From NCBI GenBank assembly GCA_030390025.1, contig CM059431.1, positions 113,338,001 to 113,402,000 of the forward strand: DNA of 64,000 nt, given 5' to 3'. Positions 9,873 through 22,874 of the stretch are shown piece by piece. The stretch comes from Squalus acanthias. Lineage: Eukaryota. Numbering within the stretch: the stretch's first letter is position 1; the number at the start of each line of letters is the position of its first letter. The position numbers and the translations under genes are program-made. The notes below the pieces were generated by a model. That model had not been told where the DNA came from. It ran no database searches and saw only the letters and a program-made list of their open reading frames with translations.

Positions 9873-10760
9873 AATGTTTCAGGTCTGTGACCCTTCATCA
9901 GAACTGGCAAAAGTTAGAGATGTAACAGATTTTAAGCAGGTGCAGAGGCAGGGAAAGTGGAGTGGAGAGGAAAGAACAAAAGGGATGGTCTGTGATAGGG
10001 TAGAAGGCAGGAAGTGGTTAAATGTTGCAAATGGGGATGGCAGAATCATCAACAGCTGCCACCTGAAAAAATTGGGGCAGAGGTTATGGTCTGAAATTGT
10101 TGAACACAATGTTGAGTCCAGAAGGCTGTAAAGTGCCTAATAGAAAGATAAGGTACTGTTCCTCGAGCTTACATTGAGCTTCATTGGAACAGTGTAAGAG
10201 GCCGAGGACAGAGAGATCAGAGTGGGAGTGGAGCGGAGAATTAAAGTGACAGGCGACCGGAAGCTCGGGGTCACCCCTACGGACTGAATGCAGGCGTTCC
10301 GCAAAGCGATCACCCAATCTGCGTTTGGTCTCCCCAATGTAGAGGAGGTCACATCGTGAGCAGCGAATACAGTATACTAAATTACAAGAAGTACAAGTAA
10401 ATCGCTGTTTCACCTGGAAGGAGTGTTTGGGGCCCTGGACAGTGAGAAGTGAGGAGGTAAAAGGGCAGGTGTTGCATCTTCTGCGCTTGCACGGGAAGGT
10501 ACCGTGGGGAGGGGAGGGACTGTTGGGGGTGATTGAGGAGTGGACCAGGGTGTTGCGGAGGGAACGGTCTCTTTGGAATGCTGAAAGGGGAGGGGAAGAT
10601 GTGTATGGTAGTGGGATCATACTGAAAGTGGCAGAAATGGCGGAGGATGATCTGTTGAATATGAAGGCTGGTGGGGTGAAAGGTGAGGACCAGGGGAACC
10701 CTATCGTGGTTCTGGGAGGGAGGGAAAGGGGTGAGAGCAGAAGTGCGGGAAATGGAATGG
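9873..10760 (-). mobile_element. Penelope-like retroelement 3' part (GIY-YIG endonuclease remnant and 3' region)
   Basis: ORF 10084..10620: PCKRRRCNTC...FTCTSCNLVYCIRCSRCDLLYIGETKRRLGDRFAE...PSGLN, the typical Penelope GIY-YIG domain. Confidence 0.88.
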
Positions 10761-11059
10761 ACGCTAAATATATTCCCCCTTGTTACCGGATTCATGATCA
10801 GTAGAAATAATCTTGCAGGCCCAGAATCCTGGAATGCCACAATCTGTGACTCACTTCGTGCCCTGATCTACCCATTGCAAAGTTACTCCAAAATTTCCTG
10901 CAAACGTAATTTGAATAGGCCACAGCGAGCATAATGACAAATCAGGGACCTCAGTAGCAAATGGCGTACTCCCATCTGCATCAATTAACGAATTAAGCAG
11001 ATCAATATTGACATGACCCAAATCATGGAATTCTGATTCCCAAATCCTTTCACTATAAT

Positions 11060-11795
11060 GGTCCGGATTTTGTGGTCAGCGCTCGCCGCTGACCACGAAG
11101 GAAGCTGCCTACCAAGATCTAGCAATCTCTGTGGTGTCATTTTCATCTTTCCCAATGTTGATTTGATTCTGCCGCCAAGCCTAGGGGATCTCCAATGTCC
11201 AGCAACATTGATGTGACCAAGCAGGCTAAGCAGCTCATTAAATTGAAGAATTCCCACAGACAGCAAAACAGGAAATAAAATGCACAGCTTATAATTCACT
11301 TTTTTAATAAATTTTACAGAGATAAAAGATTGGGACATACACATGGGATTAAGGTCAAAGCTGAAATATTATAAACAAACTTTTTTTTTATTATGGTAAA
11401 AAAATATGGAATTTTTATCATAGTGAAAAAATTTGACATTCCATAAATATAAAATTAGTTTTTCAGGGCCAGAGAAGTTGTTCAGCAGTAATTATGACTT
11501 AGTATGCCATTAAAAAACCAGTTACACCTCATTGAACACGGATTAACTTTTCTTTTGCAGCGATATTACAGTGTAAAAGGGGAAGTTCACGTCAAATCAC
11601 TGATTCTGTGCTGATTGCCATCTGTAGGGTCTTCAGCAGCACAGCTTGTGGAGGAGCAGGGAATCACTGACAGCAGCTTTCAGATTTACGCGTTTAACTG
11701 CGCATGTGTGGACACCTGAAGTTGCTGTCAGTTTCACAGGATAATGACGGTGAACGCTGACAGTTTTGCTGTCATTACAAGGCAAAACACGGGCC
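11060..11795. mobile_element. Harbinger-type MITE (736 bp)
   Basis: Termini GGTCCGGATTTTG and CAAAACACGGGCC (10/13 inverted match); AAT on both flanks; no coding capacity. Confidence 0.7.
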
Positions 11796-11959
11796 AATGA
11801 ACCTGATCACTTGCAGAAAGTTGTTTTGAGTTATGGATGCAGTCAGCTGCTTCAATTTCTGAGAATATTCCAAGTTACAGATTTATTTTTTTCACCATTT
11901 AAAAAAAATGATACCATGGAATAATTTAAGCTACCTAAAGTGTCTCTGATTTAAAAAAA

Positions 11960-13201
11960 GGGGCAAAATTGGACCTCCTTTTGCCCATTTCGACGGCATG
12001 AAATGGACAAAATGGTCCAATTTTGCGAGGCTATATTCTGTGCCTGAAATACGTCCAATGCCATATTGGCTCGGGAAATATTCAGGCATCCCTGGTGGAC
12101 GCCTTGAACTGGCATTTGGACCCTTGCATATGCTAATGTGATGGGTTTAATGACTGGTTAAGAACCCCTCTTAGAAATTGGTCAGAAACTGAGTGGGGCA
12201 TGTGTGGGGTTGTGAACATTGACTCCTACAGGTCCTGCTTCAACACTTTGCACAGGTCAGCAACAACCTACCTGCCTCCTCCTGCACTGCTCCTCAAATA
12301 TCCAAGAAAATCACTCTTGGCCGATAGAGGCTGTGGGCTGGGTAAGGCCTTCTACAAGCAGCCTCCCTCACCTCACCTGTTCTTGTCTAACAAGTCCCCC
12401 TGCTGCTTGTCCTAGCTCTTCAGGCTGTGGTTGCTGCTCCTCCTCCTCCTCCAACTGTGTCCATCCAGAGGAGTGAAGCAAAAGCAGCATCTGTGGTAAG
12501 CAGTGTGAAGGGGTTGGGGTGGGGGGTGGTGGGGAATCAGAAGGGACTACATAGAATGTACACCACAGAAACAGGCCATTGGCCCAACTAGTCCATGTTG
12601 GTGTTTATGATCCACATGAGCCTCCTCCCACCCCTCTTCATCCAACGCTACCAGCACAACCTTCTATTACTATCTCCCTCGTGTGCTTATCTAGCTTCCC
12701 CTTAAATGCATCTATGCTATTTGCCTCAACTACTCCTTATGGTAGCGAGTTCCACATTCTCACCACTCTCTGGGTAAAGAAGTTTCTCTTGAATTCACTA
12801 TTGGATTTATTAGAAAGAAGCAGACTGTAAACACACTACTCACAATGGCACACTGATCCTAAGTGCCGGCAAGGTAAGTACCCTCTGAAATTCAGCTCCC
12901 AGTCATGTCAGCTTGTGAAGCCAGTCTCAGCTTTCAGCTGGCGAGTCTGCTGCTGTGCGATACTTCTGACCCATCCAGTTAACATTGCGTGTGTCCAAAT
13001 GATGTCATGTTAGCCTTTTGGAACTTACTCATGAGGCACTCGCCTCTTTCCGACAAGTACGTTTGCGACCTGAGTCAGCTTCACACTAAAAATGGCGGTC
13101 GGCGGGTTTCCGGCAGGAACAGGGCAGTAAGTCCATTTTCGTGATTTTAACTGCTCATGCGCCCTGTACATGCCAATGGAATTAGAGTTAAAATCCGGAC
13201 C
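11960..13201. mobile_element. Degenerate Harbinger-like remnants, boundaries uncertain, with a nested CR1-like tail at about 12550-12810
   Basis: GGGGCAAAATT at 11960; AAAATCCGGACC ending at 13201 is the exact reverse complement of the 11060 TIR; no matching TSD found. Confidence 0.35.
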
Positions 13202-13494
13202 ATAAAATCCAGCATCCTTTTTGGCTTTTTCCAGCCACAAATCCTGCTTTTAAAAGTCTGTAGATCTGCACCTCCAGATCTCTGTTTACACCTGAGGTTA
13301 TATTTCCATTCTCGGTTCATTTTCCCAAAATTTGTCACTTCACGCTTATGTAAAAAAAAAAGATAATTAGGAGGCCTTAAAAAAAGAAATAAAGAAACTT
13401 GATTTAGAAGTGGTGGTTATGCTCCTTTTATGGCCCTATTGATAAATGTACTGCCCAATTTAGAATGGAGAATTCTGACCAGTAAGGACACAAG

Positions 13495-13745
13495 CTTGTT
13501 TCCTAGTCTGTGGTGAGTCAAATGAACTCAGATGGGACAGCTACAGCTGGTCTCAGTACTTTATTCCTAGGGAAGGAAAAAGTCCTCTCCTAATTGTTAT
13601 CCACTGACTACTAATGGCAAGTAGACATCGGGTGAGCAAGGATTGGTCTCAGCTGCAGTGCTCCTATCATTCACCATCTGAGCTCACACATGAAGAGTTG
13701 CCACGTGGGCGAGGTACTGAGTGAGCGGCTCTACCCATGGAACTT
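13495..13745 (+). repeat. Old dispersed SINE-like repeat (unclassified)
   Basis: Diverged similarity to about 30225-30520, 38660-38870 and 56365-56740 (shared ...gagttagctgatctcag...gctcacacatgaagaatggccac... blocks). Confidence 0.45.
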
Positions 13746-14327
13746 TACCGCTGGAAGAGTCGGGACTTTGAGCGAGAAAGGAAGAATGTTAGATTAAAAT
13801 GTGGCAAATGGTATTCCCCCAAAAGGAAGGTGAAAGAAACAGACTGGACTACTGCAGCCCATCTCCTGATGGATGGTACAAAAGCATCATTGGTCGAGGC
13901 CAGGGACAAATTGCTTATCCAGCCTCTGGGCAAATTGCTTGTCCAACCTCTTGGCAAAGGAAGATTACAAGATGCAAGGAGATTCTAGAGCCAATATATC
14001 TTTCAAATTTTGGAACTGTTGCAGGCAGAAATATGATTACAATAGCAACAAAGCTTTGCCATGAACATTACTGTCATTCAAATGTGAAGAAAGCTCTATT
14101 AATCATCATGATATCTTACTTCAAATATAAACAACAAATTACTTGTTTAGATACTCTTTCTGTACTGGATGTTGTATAGCTGGTGATGTTGTTAATTTCG
14201 TTGTTGGTAGCAACAGGAACAGGAGTAGATCATTCAACCCCTCGAGCCTGCTCCGCCATTCAATTAGATCAAGGCTGATCTGTATCGTAACTCCATCTAC
14301 CTTCCGTGGTTCTGCAACCCTTAATAC

Positions 14328-14640
14328 GGTGGCAACACGGTGGCATAGTGGTTAGCACTGTTGCCTCACAGCGCCAGGGACCCGGGTTCGAATCCGGCCT
14401 CGGGTGACTGTCTGTGTGCAGTTTGCACATTCTCCCCGTGTCTGCGTGGGTTTCTTCCGGGTGCTCCGGTTTCCTCCCACAGTCCAAAGATGTGCGGGTT
14501 AGGTTGATTTGGCTATGATAAATTGACCCTTAGTGTTAGGGGGATTAAATACGTGGGGTTATGGGGATAGGGTGGGATATGTGTCGGTGCAGGCTCGATG
14601 GGCCGAAATGGCCTCTATCTGCACTGTGGTGATTCTGTGA
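14328..14640 (+). mobile_element. tRNA-derived HE1-like SINE, inserted in a CR1 tail
   Basis: A box tggcatagtgg, B box ggttcgaatcc; 3' tail gcaggctcgatgggccgaaatggcct resembles the CR1 3' ends in this window; AATAC on both flanks. Confidence 0.8.
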
Positions 14641-15882
14641 ATACCCTTGACTAACAAAATTCTATCAATCTCAGTCTTGAAATTTCCAATTGACCCCCAG
14701 CCTTAACAGCAATACAAAGAATACATCAAGTGGGATTGGGAATCGATCGAAACAAAACTCTTACTTGCCCCAACTGCACAGGAATGAAGTAAGTATTATT
14801 GATCAATACATGCTTGAAAGGTTTTCCCGGAGCAACGGTTGTAGATGCCAAGTGGCAGATCCACTGCATGGCCATTCAGACAGGAAGTGCTATGTGCAAT
14901 TAATCAGGTTAATAAAATAAATAATAGGGTAACAAATGCTTCTATTAGTTCATCCCAATAACAGCATGAGCTTGTGACTATCCAATTTGTGGGTGTGGTC
15001 TATCTATTCCTGTCATCCATTCCCACACAAGAGCACATGTACCTACACCACAATGTGGCAACACCTATGGTCGTAAATATCCTCTCAAACTAGTGCAAAC
15101 CTGTGGCATAATCCTACGATGAACTATATAGTGTCCCCGAACCCGAGAAAATATCAAAGGCAGATTCTAAATTTGCTGAGTATTTGTGTCGTCACTTAAA
15201 ATAAAGCAGGGGCCCAGCAAAGGGTAAGGAATAAATGGTATCTGAAGACTGCAAAAGAGAGTGGAGGTGATTTTGGGAAGGTGAGTTTGCCCATTTGCAA
15301 TGCGGGTTTAAGAAATGGTGCATGCACTCATTAGGAAGCATTTGTATTAGTAAGTCTGGTGCCCCAGTCTTCTTTGCCACACCAATTAGAAAATATACTG
15401 TATGGCATATTTACTAAATATATAAAAAATGGGTTAGATGAAGAAGGGTGGGAGGAGGCTCGTGTGGAGCATAAACACCGGCATAGACCAGTTGGGCCGA
15501 ATGGCCTGTTTCTGTGCTGTAAAATTCGAAGTAATTCTATCGTCGAGGGCCTGCTGATCTTTCTGGAGGTGTTCGTTCATCTTGTACCACCTCAATCATA
15601 AAATACTGCATTAAAAAAAAACTTATCTTGAGTAGTTAAAAAATACAATTCCCCCCCAAAACTTGTTCTAAAAAATAAATAATTTCACAAGTATGAAACA
15701 CTGTACTATACACACTTCAAAAAAAATCCATACACACGCAATTGAACAGCTTTATCGAAGCCAGGGGGCTTCCTTTGCTGTCATTCCAAATGGGCGATTA
15801 AGCAAAAAAAAGAGCAAGCCTAGCAGAAATACTGCAGAACTGTGGTTTAGGTGTTCAATTAAATATTTCTGCATCAAATCTG

Positions 15883-16290
15883 GAGCTCAGTGCCTCTGAG
15901 TCTTAAAGTTGTGGATTCAAGGCCAAGTCCAGAACACATCAGCACATAATCTGGGCTGATATTTTTAGTGTGTACAGCGTGAGTACTGCAGTGTCGGGAG
16001 TGCTGTCTTTCAGATGAGATGATAAACTGAGGCTCCATCTGCCCACTCAGGTGAATGTAAAAAATCCAGTGGTACTATTTAAAGAAGAGCAGAGGAGTTC
16101 TCCCCATGTCCTGGCCAACATTTATTCCTCAACGAGCATCAATCAAACAGTATATCTGGTTATTTACCTAATTGCTGTTTGTGGGACCTTGCTGTGCGCA
16201 AATTTTGTTGCTGCATTTTTCCCTGCATTACAACAGTGACTAAAAGGACTTCATTTGGCGTCGTGAAAGGCACTATATAAATGTAAAGCT
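15883..16290 (+). mobile_element. Deu-domain (SacSINE1-like) SINE, diverged
   Basis: tRNA-like head, core gctgtttgtgggaccttgctgtgcgcaaatt, L2-like tail aaggcactatataaatg. Confidence 0.7.
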
Positions 16291-16647
16291 AATGCACAAA
16301 TTAAAGCACTTCAGCTCAATAAATGCAGGGAGCTCTGAAATGCTGCATCGCCTGCTCTTCCAATTCAGTGTTCCCTCTGCGCCGGTTACGCACCTGCTCT
16401 CTCGGCACACAGGTGCGTTTTTCACTCAACTATCCGCTTTGCCAGCAGTAATCAGCTTAGCTCCCTAACCTCTATCCTCAGTGAGGTATCCACAAGCCAT
16501 TTCCTACAAACTACAATTTGCTTGTGACGAACAGTCTGGAACTGTGTGCTGCATTGCACTCTGGATATTGCCTCCCTGTTACCCATAAATAGTTCAGGTA
16601 TTATTTCGGGGGAATGGGGAATGTAAACAGTAATTTCCAGGTTTTTG

Positions 16648-16960
16648 TCATTCATTCTTAGGATATGGGCGATGCTAGCAAGGCCAGCATTTATTGCCCA
16701 TCCCTAATTGCCCTTGAGAGGGTGGTGGTGAGCCGCCTTCTTGAACCGCTGCAGTCCGTGTGATTAAAGTATTCCCACAGTGCTGTTAGGGAGGGAGTTC
16801 CAGGATTTTGACCCAGCGACGATGAAGGATCGGCGATATACTTCCAAGTCAGGATGGTGTGTGACTTGGAGGGGAATTGGAGGTGGTGGTATTCCAATGT
16901 GCCAGCTGCTCTTGTCCTTCTAGGTGGTAATGGTCAGGGGTTTGAGAGGTGCTGTTGAAA
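16648..16960 (-). mobile_element. CR1-group LINE 3' fragment
   Basis: Same family as 24085-24420, 51875-52000 and 58845-58975; encodes a ...WNSLPNSTVG... RT C-terminus. Confidence 0.7.
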
Positions 16961-17918
16961 ATGTTTATACATGCGCATCCTGCAGCACTCTTTGAATTCA
17001 CAAGAGCCATCATTGATCTGTTGTCGAGACAAATTTTAACCCACGTACAAAGGAGGCCAGTGGGTGTAATTTTCAGCGCAGCACAAGATTCATAACCACT
17101 GCAATTGCATTTGTTAGTCTTAAGTTTGCCCACAGTGGGGAAGGGAGAGGGAGCAGGAGCAGCCAAATCCATGGCCTCCCCCCATCGCATGGAAAAGATG
17201 GAACTCCCGCAATCTCCCCAGTTCAAAAACTGCTTTACAGGATAGTAAATACAAACCCATATGAGGATGGAGGCCCTGTACATTTCTCTTCTTACGAGTT
17301 TTGAATATTAAGTGGCAAAAGTTTAAACATTTGAGAGGAAATATAAGTTGACTGACGGAGTCTAATGACAGACCCCTGGCTACGAATCCACCAAAAATGT
17401 ACAGTGTCCCTAAATTATTGGCTTCAGCACCACTTTTCCCCCAGTTTGAGGGTAGTGTACGCCAATAATATAAATTTGTTGCATTTTGTCAGCAAAGAGG
17501 CACACAAAAGGAGAGAAAAATAACCTGGTACATTATTTTATCATTTGATTGAACTGCATAGATCACAGGCTAATCTACATTATTAGTAAAAGGGGCAACA
17601 ACTCTGCACCCCAGCCTCAGAGTTTGAACAAAAAATATAGAGAGAGCCTTTTGTAGTTGACCATTAAATGCCTTCGACTTGCATCTACTATCTGGGATAG
17701 CTGCCTAACGGGAATAGGCTTCAGGTCAGATGTTCAGTTTGATCTGAAGCAATCAGTGGCTATCCGATCTGGAGCCATATTCACTTCCCTCTGCCCCTTC
17801 TCCTCCAATAAAAAGCCATGTATTTCGAAACTTTAAAAGCTATCTAAGATCACTTGTGCCCTAAAGACAAAGGCTCAATTTCTTTTATCAGTTCAACTGA
17901 CTGCAGTTGGGAAACATT

Positions 17919-20900
17919 GGCCACGATTTCACTGACCGAGGCGAGTCCAGTGCGGCCGGGGTCGGTGTCGCGGTCCCAGCCCGCTGCCTGCTGCAGCCCG
18001 CACTCTCCAAGTGATTTTACGTTAATAGGGCTTGTTAAGCCCACCCTGCGAGGTTCCCAGCCAATTAAAAGGAAGCAGGCCTGATGACGTCATCAGCCGG
18101 TTTCCTTAAAGGGGCCATGTCCAAATTGATCTTGACAGTTCTGCTGTCAGTGTTCTACAGCATTGAGGTGCTGTAAACACTGACAAGCACTGCACAGAGG
18201 TGTATGGCTGCACCCAGGCTCTCCCATGACTCCCTCCATATGCTTATGGAGGGAGTCACAACAGGCTGGGAGGTTCTCTTCCCTTCCAAGGGCGGAAAAG
18301 ACCTCCCCAGGACACCAACACAGCCTGGTTGCACATTGCACAGGAGGGCACAAGCAGGGATGTTGCCAGGAGGACCAGACTGGTGTGGCGCAAACCTTTC
18401 AATGATCTCAGTAGATCACGAAACGTTACTACCAAGTCACACTCAACCTCATCCTGCTGTGCCACTCATCACATCCCCATCACTCTGCCTTCCCTACCCT
18501 ACTCCTGCACATCCTTCTCACACCAACTTACCTTGCACCTCCAGCCATCCCTCTCTATCTACATTATCACATACCCATCTCACTAGTCACCGCTCACACT
18601 CACCCTCATCCTACTGCAAGCATACCAACTAACAACACACAAGGGTAGGCACTTTTCATGTGAAGTTTCTGGTAATGTGCTGTCAAACATTGAAACCTTT
18701 ATTTTCTGCACTTTGTGTTCTTGGACAGATTTGTGTGCACCTTTGGAAGTGGCTTAGTGAGTTGTAGTGAATGATGAGACATAACGGTACCTGCCCCCGC
18801 CACCCCCACAATGGTGATGAGTGTGAAAGGAATGGCTTGGGCATTGTAGGGATGTTTGTAAAGTTTCGCAATTATCGCGATTCGAAATAACGAGATAGAA
18901 GCAGATTCGTTTGATCAGTTTATTTAAACGAAATGCTGTCATGATTAAACAGGACACAGAAGCCTGTAAAATGGCCTGCCGCGCATCGTGGCAGAAGTTT
19001 CCAGAAGTACAGTGGGCAGACAAGATGGCGTTCGAATAAACATTTTCGATAAGCACTGATAAAGACAGGATGCAACCTGTTTGCATTTGTGACAATAGCA
19101 AAAGATATGAGTGCTGGAATCGTTTTCCATGCACAAGTAAGGACCATTGTACTGGGCAATCGAAGGCCCATCCAGACACATCAATATGCAAATATCCCCA
19201 CGGCTCTACAATGAGAGAGCCATTCTCGGGTGATTAAACAAGTATTCGGGGGCCCCCAAAACCCAGCCAGGAGGCTCCGAGCCGGTTCAACAATGGGGAA
19301 AACATTAACGGGTAGTTGGCCAGTCTCAGGTGCTACCGAAACCCGTTAAAGACAAGAATCACCCCATGCTGGGAGTTTTGAGCGCCAATATTTCACAAAG
19401 GACAAACATTAAGATTTGGGCGGGAGATAAGGGAACACAGCACTATAACTATAGACAACAAATGTCCATCGGGCTCTTATTTCTCTTATCTCTGCGGACT
19501 CTTGACTGGGGCTGAACTCTGCTGGACGAGCAGCCTTCTGTGTTTCTCTGGACTCTGTTGACTCTGGACTTTTAGCCGCACTGGACGGTTATTCGAATGT
19601 TGGGTGGAGCTCAATCGGGACGAGCCGCCTCGACGAAGGGCGAGTAACCGGGTGCACCATCACGAGTGTCGGTAAATGGTGTTTTGGACCCGAAGGCCCG
19701 AAGAGACGAGACGAGACGAGATGAGAAGAGAAGAAGAAGAATCCACGTGCCGCCACGGTCAGTAAACCCCGACCGCGCCGAATTTATACGAACTCTATCA
19801 GTTATTGCACGAACTGGTCATAGACTCTTCCTCGAATTTTATCGACAACTGGTGTCGATACAGGAAGACTCTTCTTTGAATTTTACCGGCTAACTGGTGT
19901 CGGTCCAGGAAGACTTTTCTTTGAGTTCTACAGCCGGGCCCGAGCACTGTCGAGTTCTTCATGACAACGGGGAGCCCGGCCTGCTTGCAGCAGCAGCGAA
20001 GATAAACAAGTGGGGTACAGAGACCCCTCAAAACACATGACAGTCAGGCGCTGCAGCGAAATGAGCCGAGCGCCTCACTTTAAAATTCTCCAAAGTATCA
20101 CGAGTGGTGAGCATGTTTCCCGATCCTACAAATCTAGATGTAGTGTAGGTATTGATAAGGGAGGGTGGTTTTATTAAGGATAAAGTATAATGTGTTCCCC
20201 TTTTTATGATGTGCCGTGCGTTCTTCATTACCATAGACCAAGCTTTATGAATGTATGTATACTTGTACTCTCGTTAATTTGCGCCTATGACATGTACTTC
20301 ATGATTTTGGACGCTATGCAATAAAGATTTCCATTTTGTACTATTCAACCGGGTCTATTTGAGTTTTTCTCTGCATTACTGCTCTCGCACCTAAGTCCAG
20401 TGTTAGAACCATAAGGGCGAGTGGGTCGAACCACTCACAGGTGCTTATTGCAACAAGGCTGGCCGGAGACCAGAGCAAGCAATAGTATTAGGCAACGAAG
20501 GCCTAACCCCGTACCAGCACCATCTGCGATACAAGCACGACACAAGACCCCTTACATGTTTTATGGTGTTGGTGTGGGGTGGTGCCAACCTGGCGCATCA
20601 TGTGACATCCAGGGTGTACAGCGTCAAGTGAAGTAAATCTGGGCATGATGAGGTCATCCCTGGGTCCCGGGCAGCAATGTGGTCGGGTGCTGAAGCCCTG
20701 TGTCCTGTCCAGCATCAGTTGATTGCAGAGAAGGCTGGTGTTATTGTTATTGCTGCTGGTGTGCCCGGTGATGCTGGTGTTGAGGCTGATCTTGGTGGGA
20801 TTCTGAGGACCAAGGTGAGATATTTTCAAGGGCAATGATGCTAATGGAATAGATGGCAGGTGAGGTTGAGATGACAGAAGCGATCTGTCAATGGTGAGAG

Positions 20901-21388
20901 AGGTTGTTCCAATGAGGTGGCACTGGATAGAGAGCTGGCTCCAAACACTTGCAAGCTGCATAAAGCCCAATATGTCTTCCAAATGCAGTAAGCAACAGTT
21001 TCTGAGCTTTGAAAGTGAACAGCTATAACATGGGATCTTTATACAACTTTGGCAGCTGTCAGGTCATGAGATAATTCAATGCTGAATCCACTCACGACAT
21101 GCTGAGCTGATGTGTTCCCCGAGCAGCGGGTAACCTGTGGGGGAGCACGTAAAATTGAAATGTAGGCTTAAAATAACAGTTAATTGGGTGTTAACAACCC
21201 ATTTAATGATATGAATTGCCTCCCCTGCCGCTTGGTGTCGGCTCTGTTCAGCGCTGACAGACTCAACACCTGGGAGACTTGTGTGGAGGCGGGTTGACAG
21301 CGGATTCCCTACCCGCTGTCGATCTTTGCTATTTTGACAGCTGACCCGCCTCCGAACCCGCTCTCTGAGCGCCAGCAAAATTCAGCCA
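17919..21388. mobile_element. Non-autonomous Harbinger (family D copy 1) carrying a solo LTR
   Basis: Termini GGCCACGATTTC and AAAATTCAGCCA; flanks ATT/ACT; Myb exon 1 relic at 18204-18420 (+) and transposase 5' relic at about 20690-20845 (-); collinear with 39975-41717 and 60572-62110. Confidence 0.8.
18857..20556 (+). mobile_element. Solo LTR, 1700 bp
   Basis: TGTAAAG...CCTTACA termini; TGTT on both flanks; absent at the same site in the two sister copies; AATAAA at 20320-20325; no credible ORF. Confidence 0.85.
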
Positions 21389-22559
21389 ACTTGGATTTTT
21401 CCTGCTCTCATGCAACCAAACCTTTAGCACTTTTGTTTAATTTAGTGACAGGTAAGTAATTATTTTTAGATTCTGAATGTAATCTTCCCTCTGCCACTCT
21501 GTGTGCAGACTCTGTGCAGATCTATGATTGATGCTATATTGAGAAATATACAAGGCACCTTTTTCCAATGGAATTTAATGTTATATTGTTTTCTCTATTA
21601 CCAGAAGATTGTTCTGAAAACAAGTAACATTTTGTGCATACAATAATATACAATGTAATATCATAAATTTGTCAGCAATAATTGAAAAATTTAACAAATT
21701 CAGCTAATTATGATTCAAAATACTTCCAATTCAGTTTATAGCACTTGTTTATGAAGTTCAAAAGTATATTATAAAGCAGTGACACAAACTGAAGATTTTT
21801 GTCTGTAGTTCATGGCTTTTCTTGCTGTACTGCTTTTCTTTGTTTAAAAATAAGTCCTTTTCTGTTAAGATAACTACCACCTTCAAAGTGGTATTTGTAA
21901 GTGAATGCTCTTTTAAGTCTGGATGAACTACATAAAAATGCATTGGATTACTAACAGATGTGCACGTCTGAGTAAACTGTCATCAAGTACTAGAAATAAT
22001 TAACTGATCACTAGGCCACTAATCAGCAATATAATCAGGACATGCCTAACACATCCAGTGCTTGTGGCCATCGGCTTGCTTTTGTTGTATGCATTTAAGT
22101 CTGGTGTCTGCTCTCCATTGTTTAAATAAAGTGCCTCTGTCTCGCAAACTGAATTCTCAAAGGTGAAATTTTCCCTGCCACAGATGTTAAACTAACTGGC
22201 CTGTAATTACCCAGATTAGCTCTGTCTCCATTTTTAAATTAGGTGTTACACTGGCCAGTCTCTAGACTGCGAGCACATTTCCACTCTATTCTAGGGCTTC
22301 CATCAATTCATCCTTCATTTCCTTCAATATCTATGGCTGTATCCCATCAGGTCCTGCCATTCTGTCCTCCTATAGCTTCGAACTAACTTCTTTAATACCT
22401 TTCTTTTATTGTAATATCTCTCGTCTCCTTTTTTTTTAGCCAATTCAAATTTACCTCCTCCCTGGTATTCTTCTACTTGTTAAGTATCCCCACCAATTCC
22501 TGCTTATCCTTGTACAGATATCTCTTCTTAGGGGCCCCATCTCACACTTAACAATTTTC

Positions 22560-22874
22560 TGTAACCTCCTCCAGCCCTACAACTCTCCTAGAACTCTGCA
22601 TTTCTCCAACTCTGGCCTCTTGTGCATCCCCCACTTCCTTTGCTCCACCATTGGTGGCCATGCCTTTAGCCGTCTAGGCCCTAAGCTCTGGAATTCCCTC
22701 CCTAAACCTCTCCACCTCTCTATCCTCCTTTAAGGTGCTGCTTAAAACCTAACTCTACCTGTCCTAATATCTCCTTATGTGGCTCGGTGTCAATTTTTGT
22801 CTGATTGTGCTCTTGTGAAGCGCTCTGCGACATTTTGCTACAGGCGCTATATAAAAGCAAGTTGTTGTTGTTGT
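22560..22874 (+). mobile_element. L2-type LINE 3' end
   Basis: Same tail as 1-180, ending in (GTT)n. Confidence 0.65.

Noticed and set aside
14328..14400. tRNA gene
   Set aside because: The A/B boxes belong to a SINE head that continues into SINE body and tail
14765..14890. Possible minus-strand host exon (AG...GTAAGA)
   Set aside because: Stop codons in all three frames
21809..21900. Possible plus-strand host exon (also 33676-33730, 43086-43175, 45670-45705)
   Set aside because: Splice-like signals with one open frame, but no recognisable protein or consistent exon chain; needs RNA-seq or a homology search
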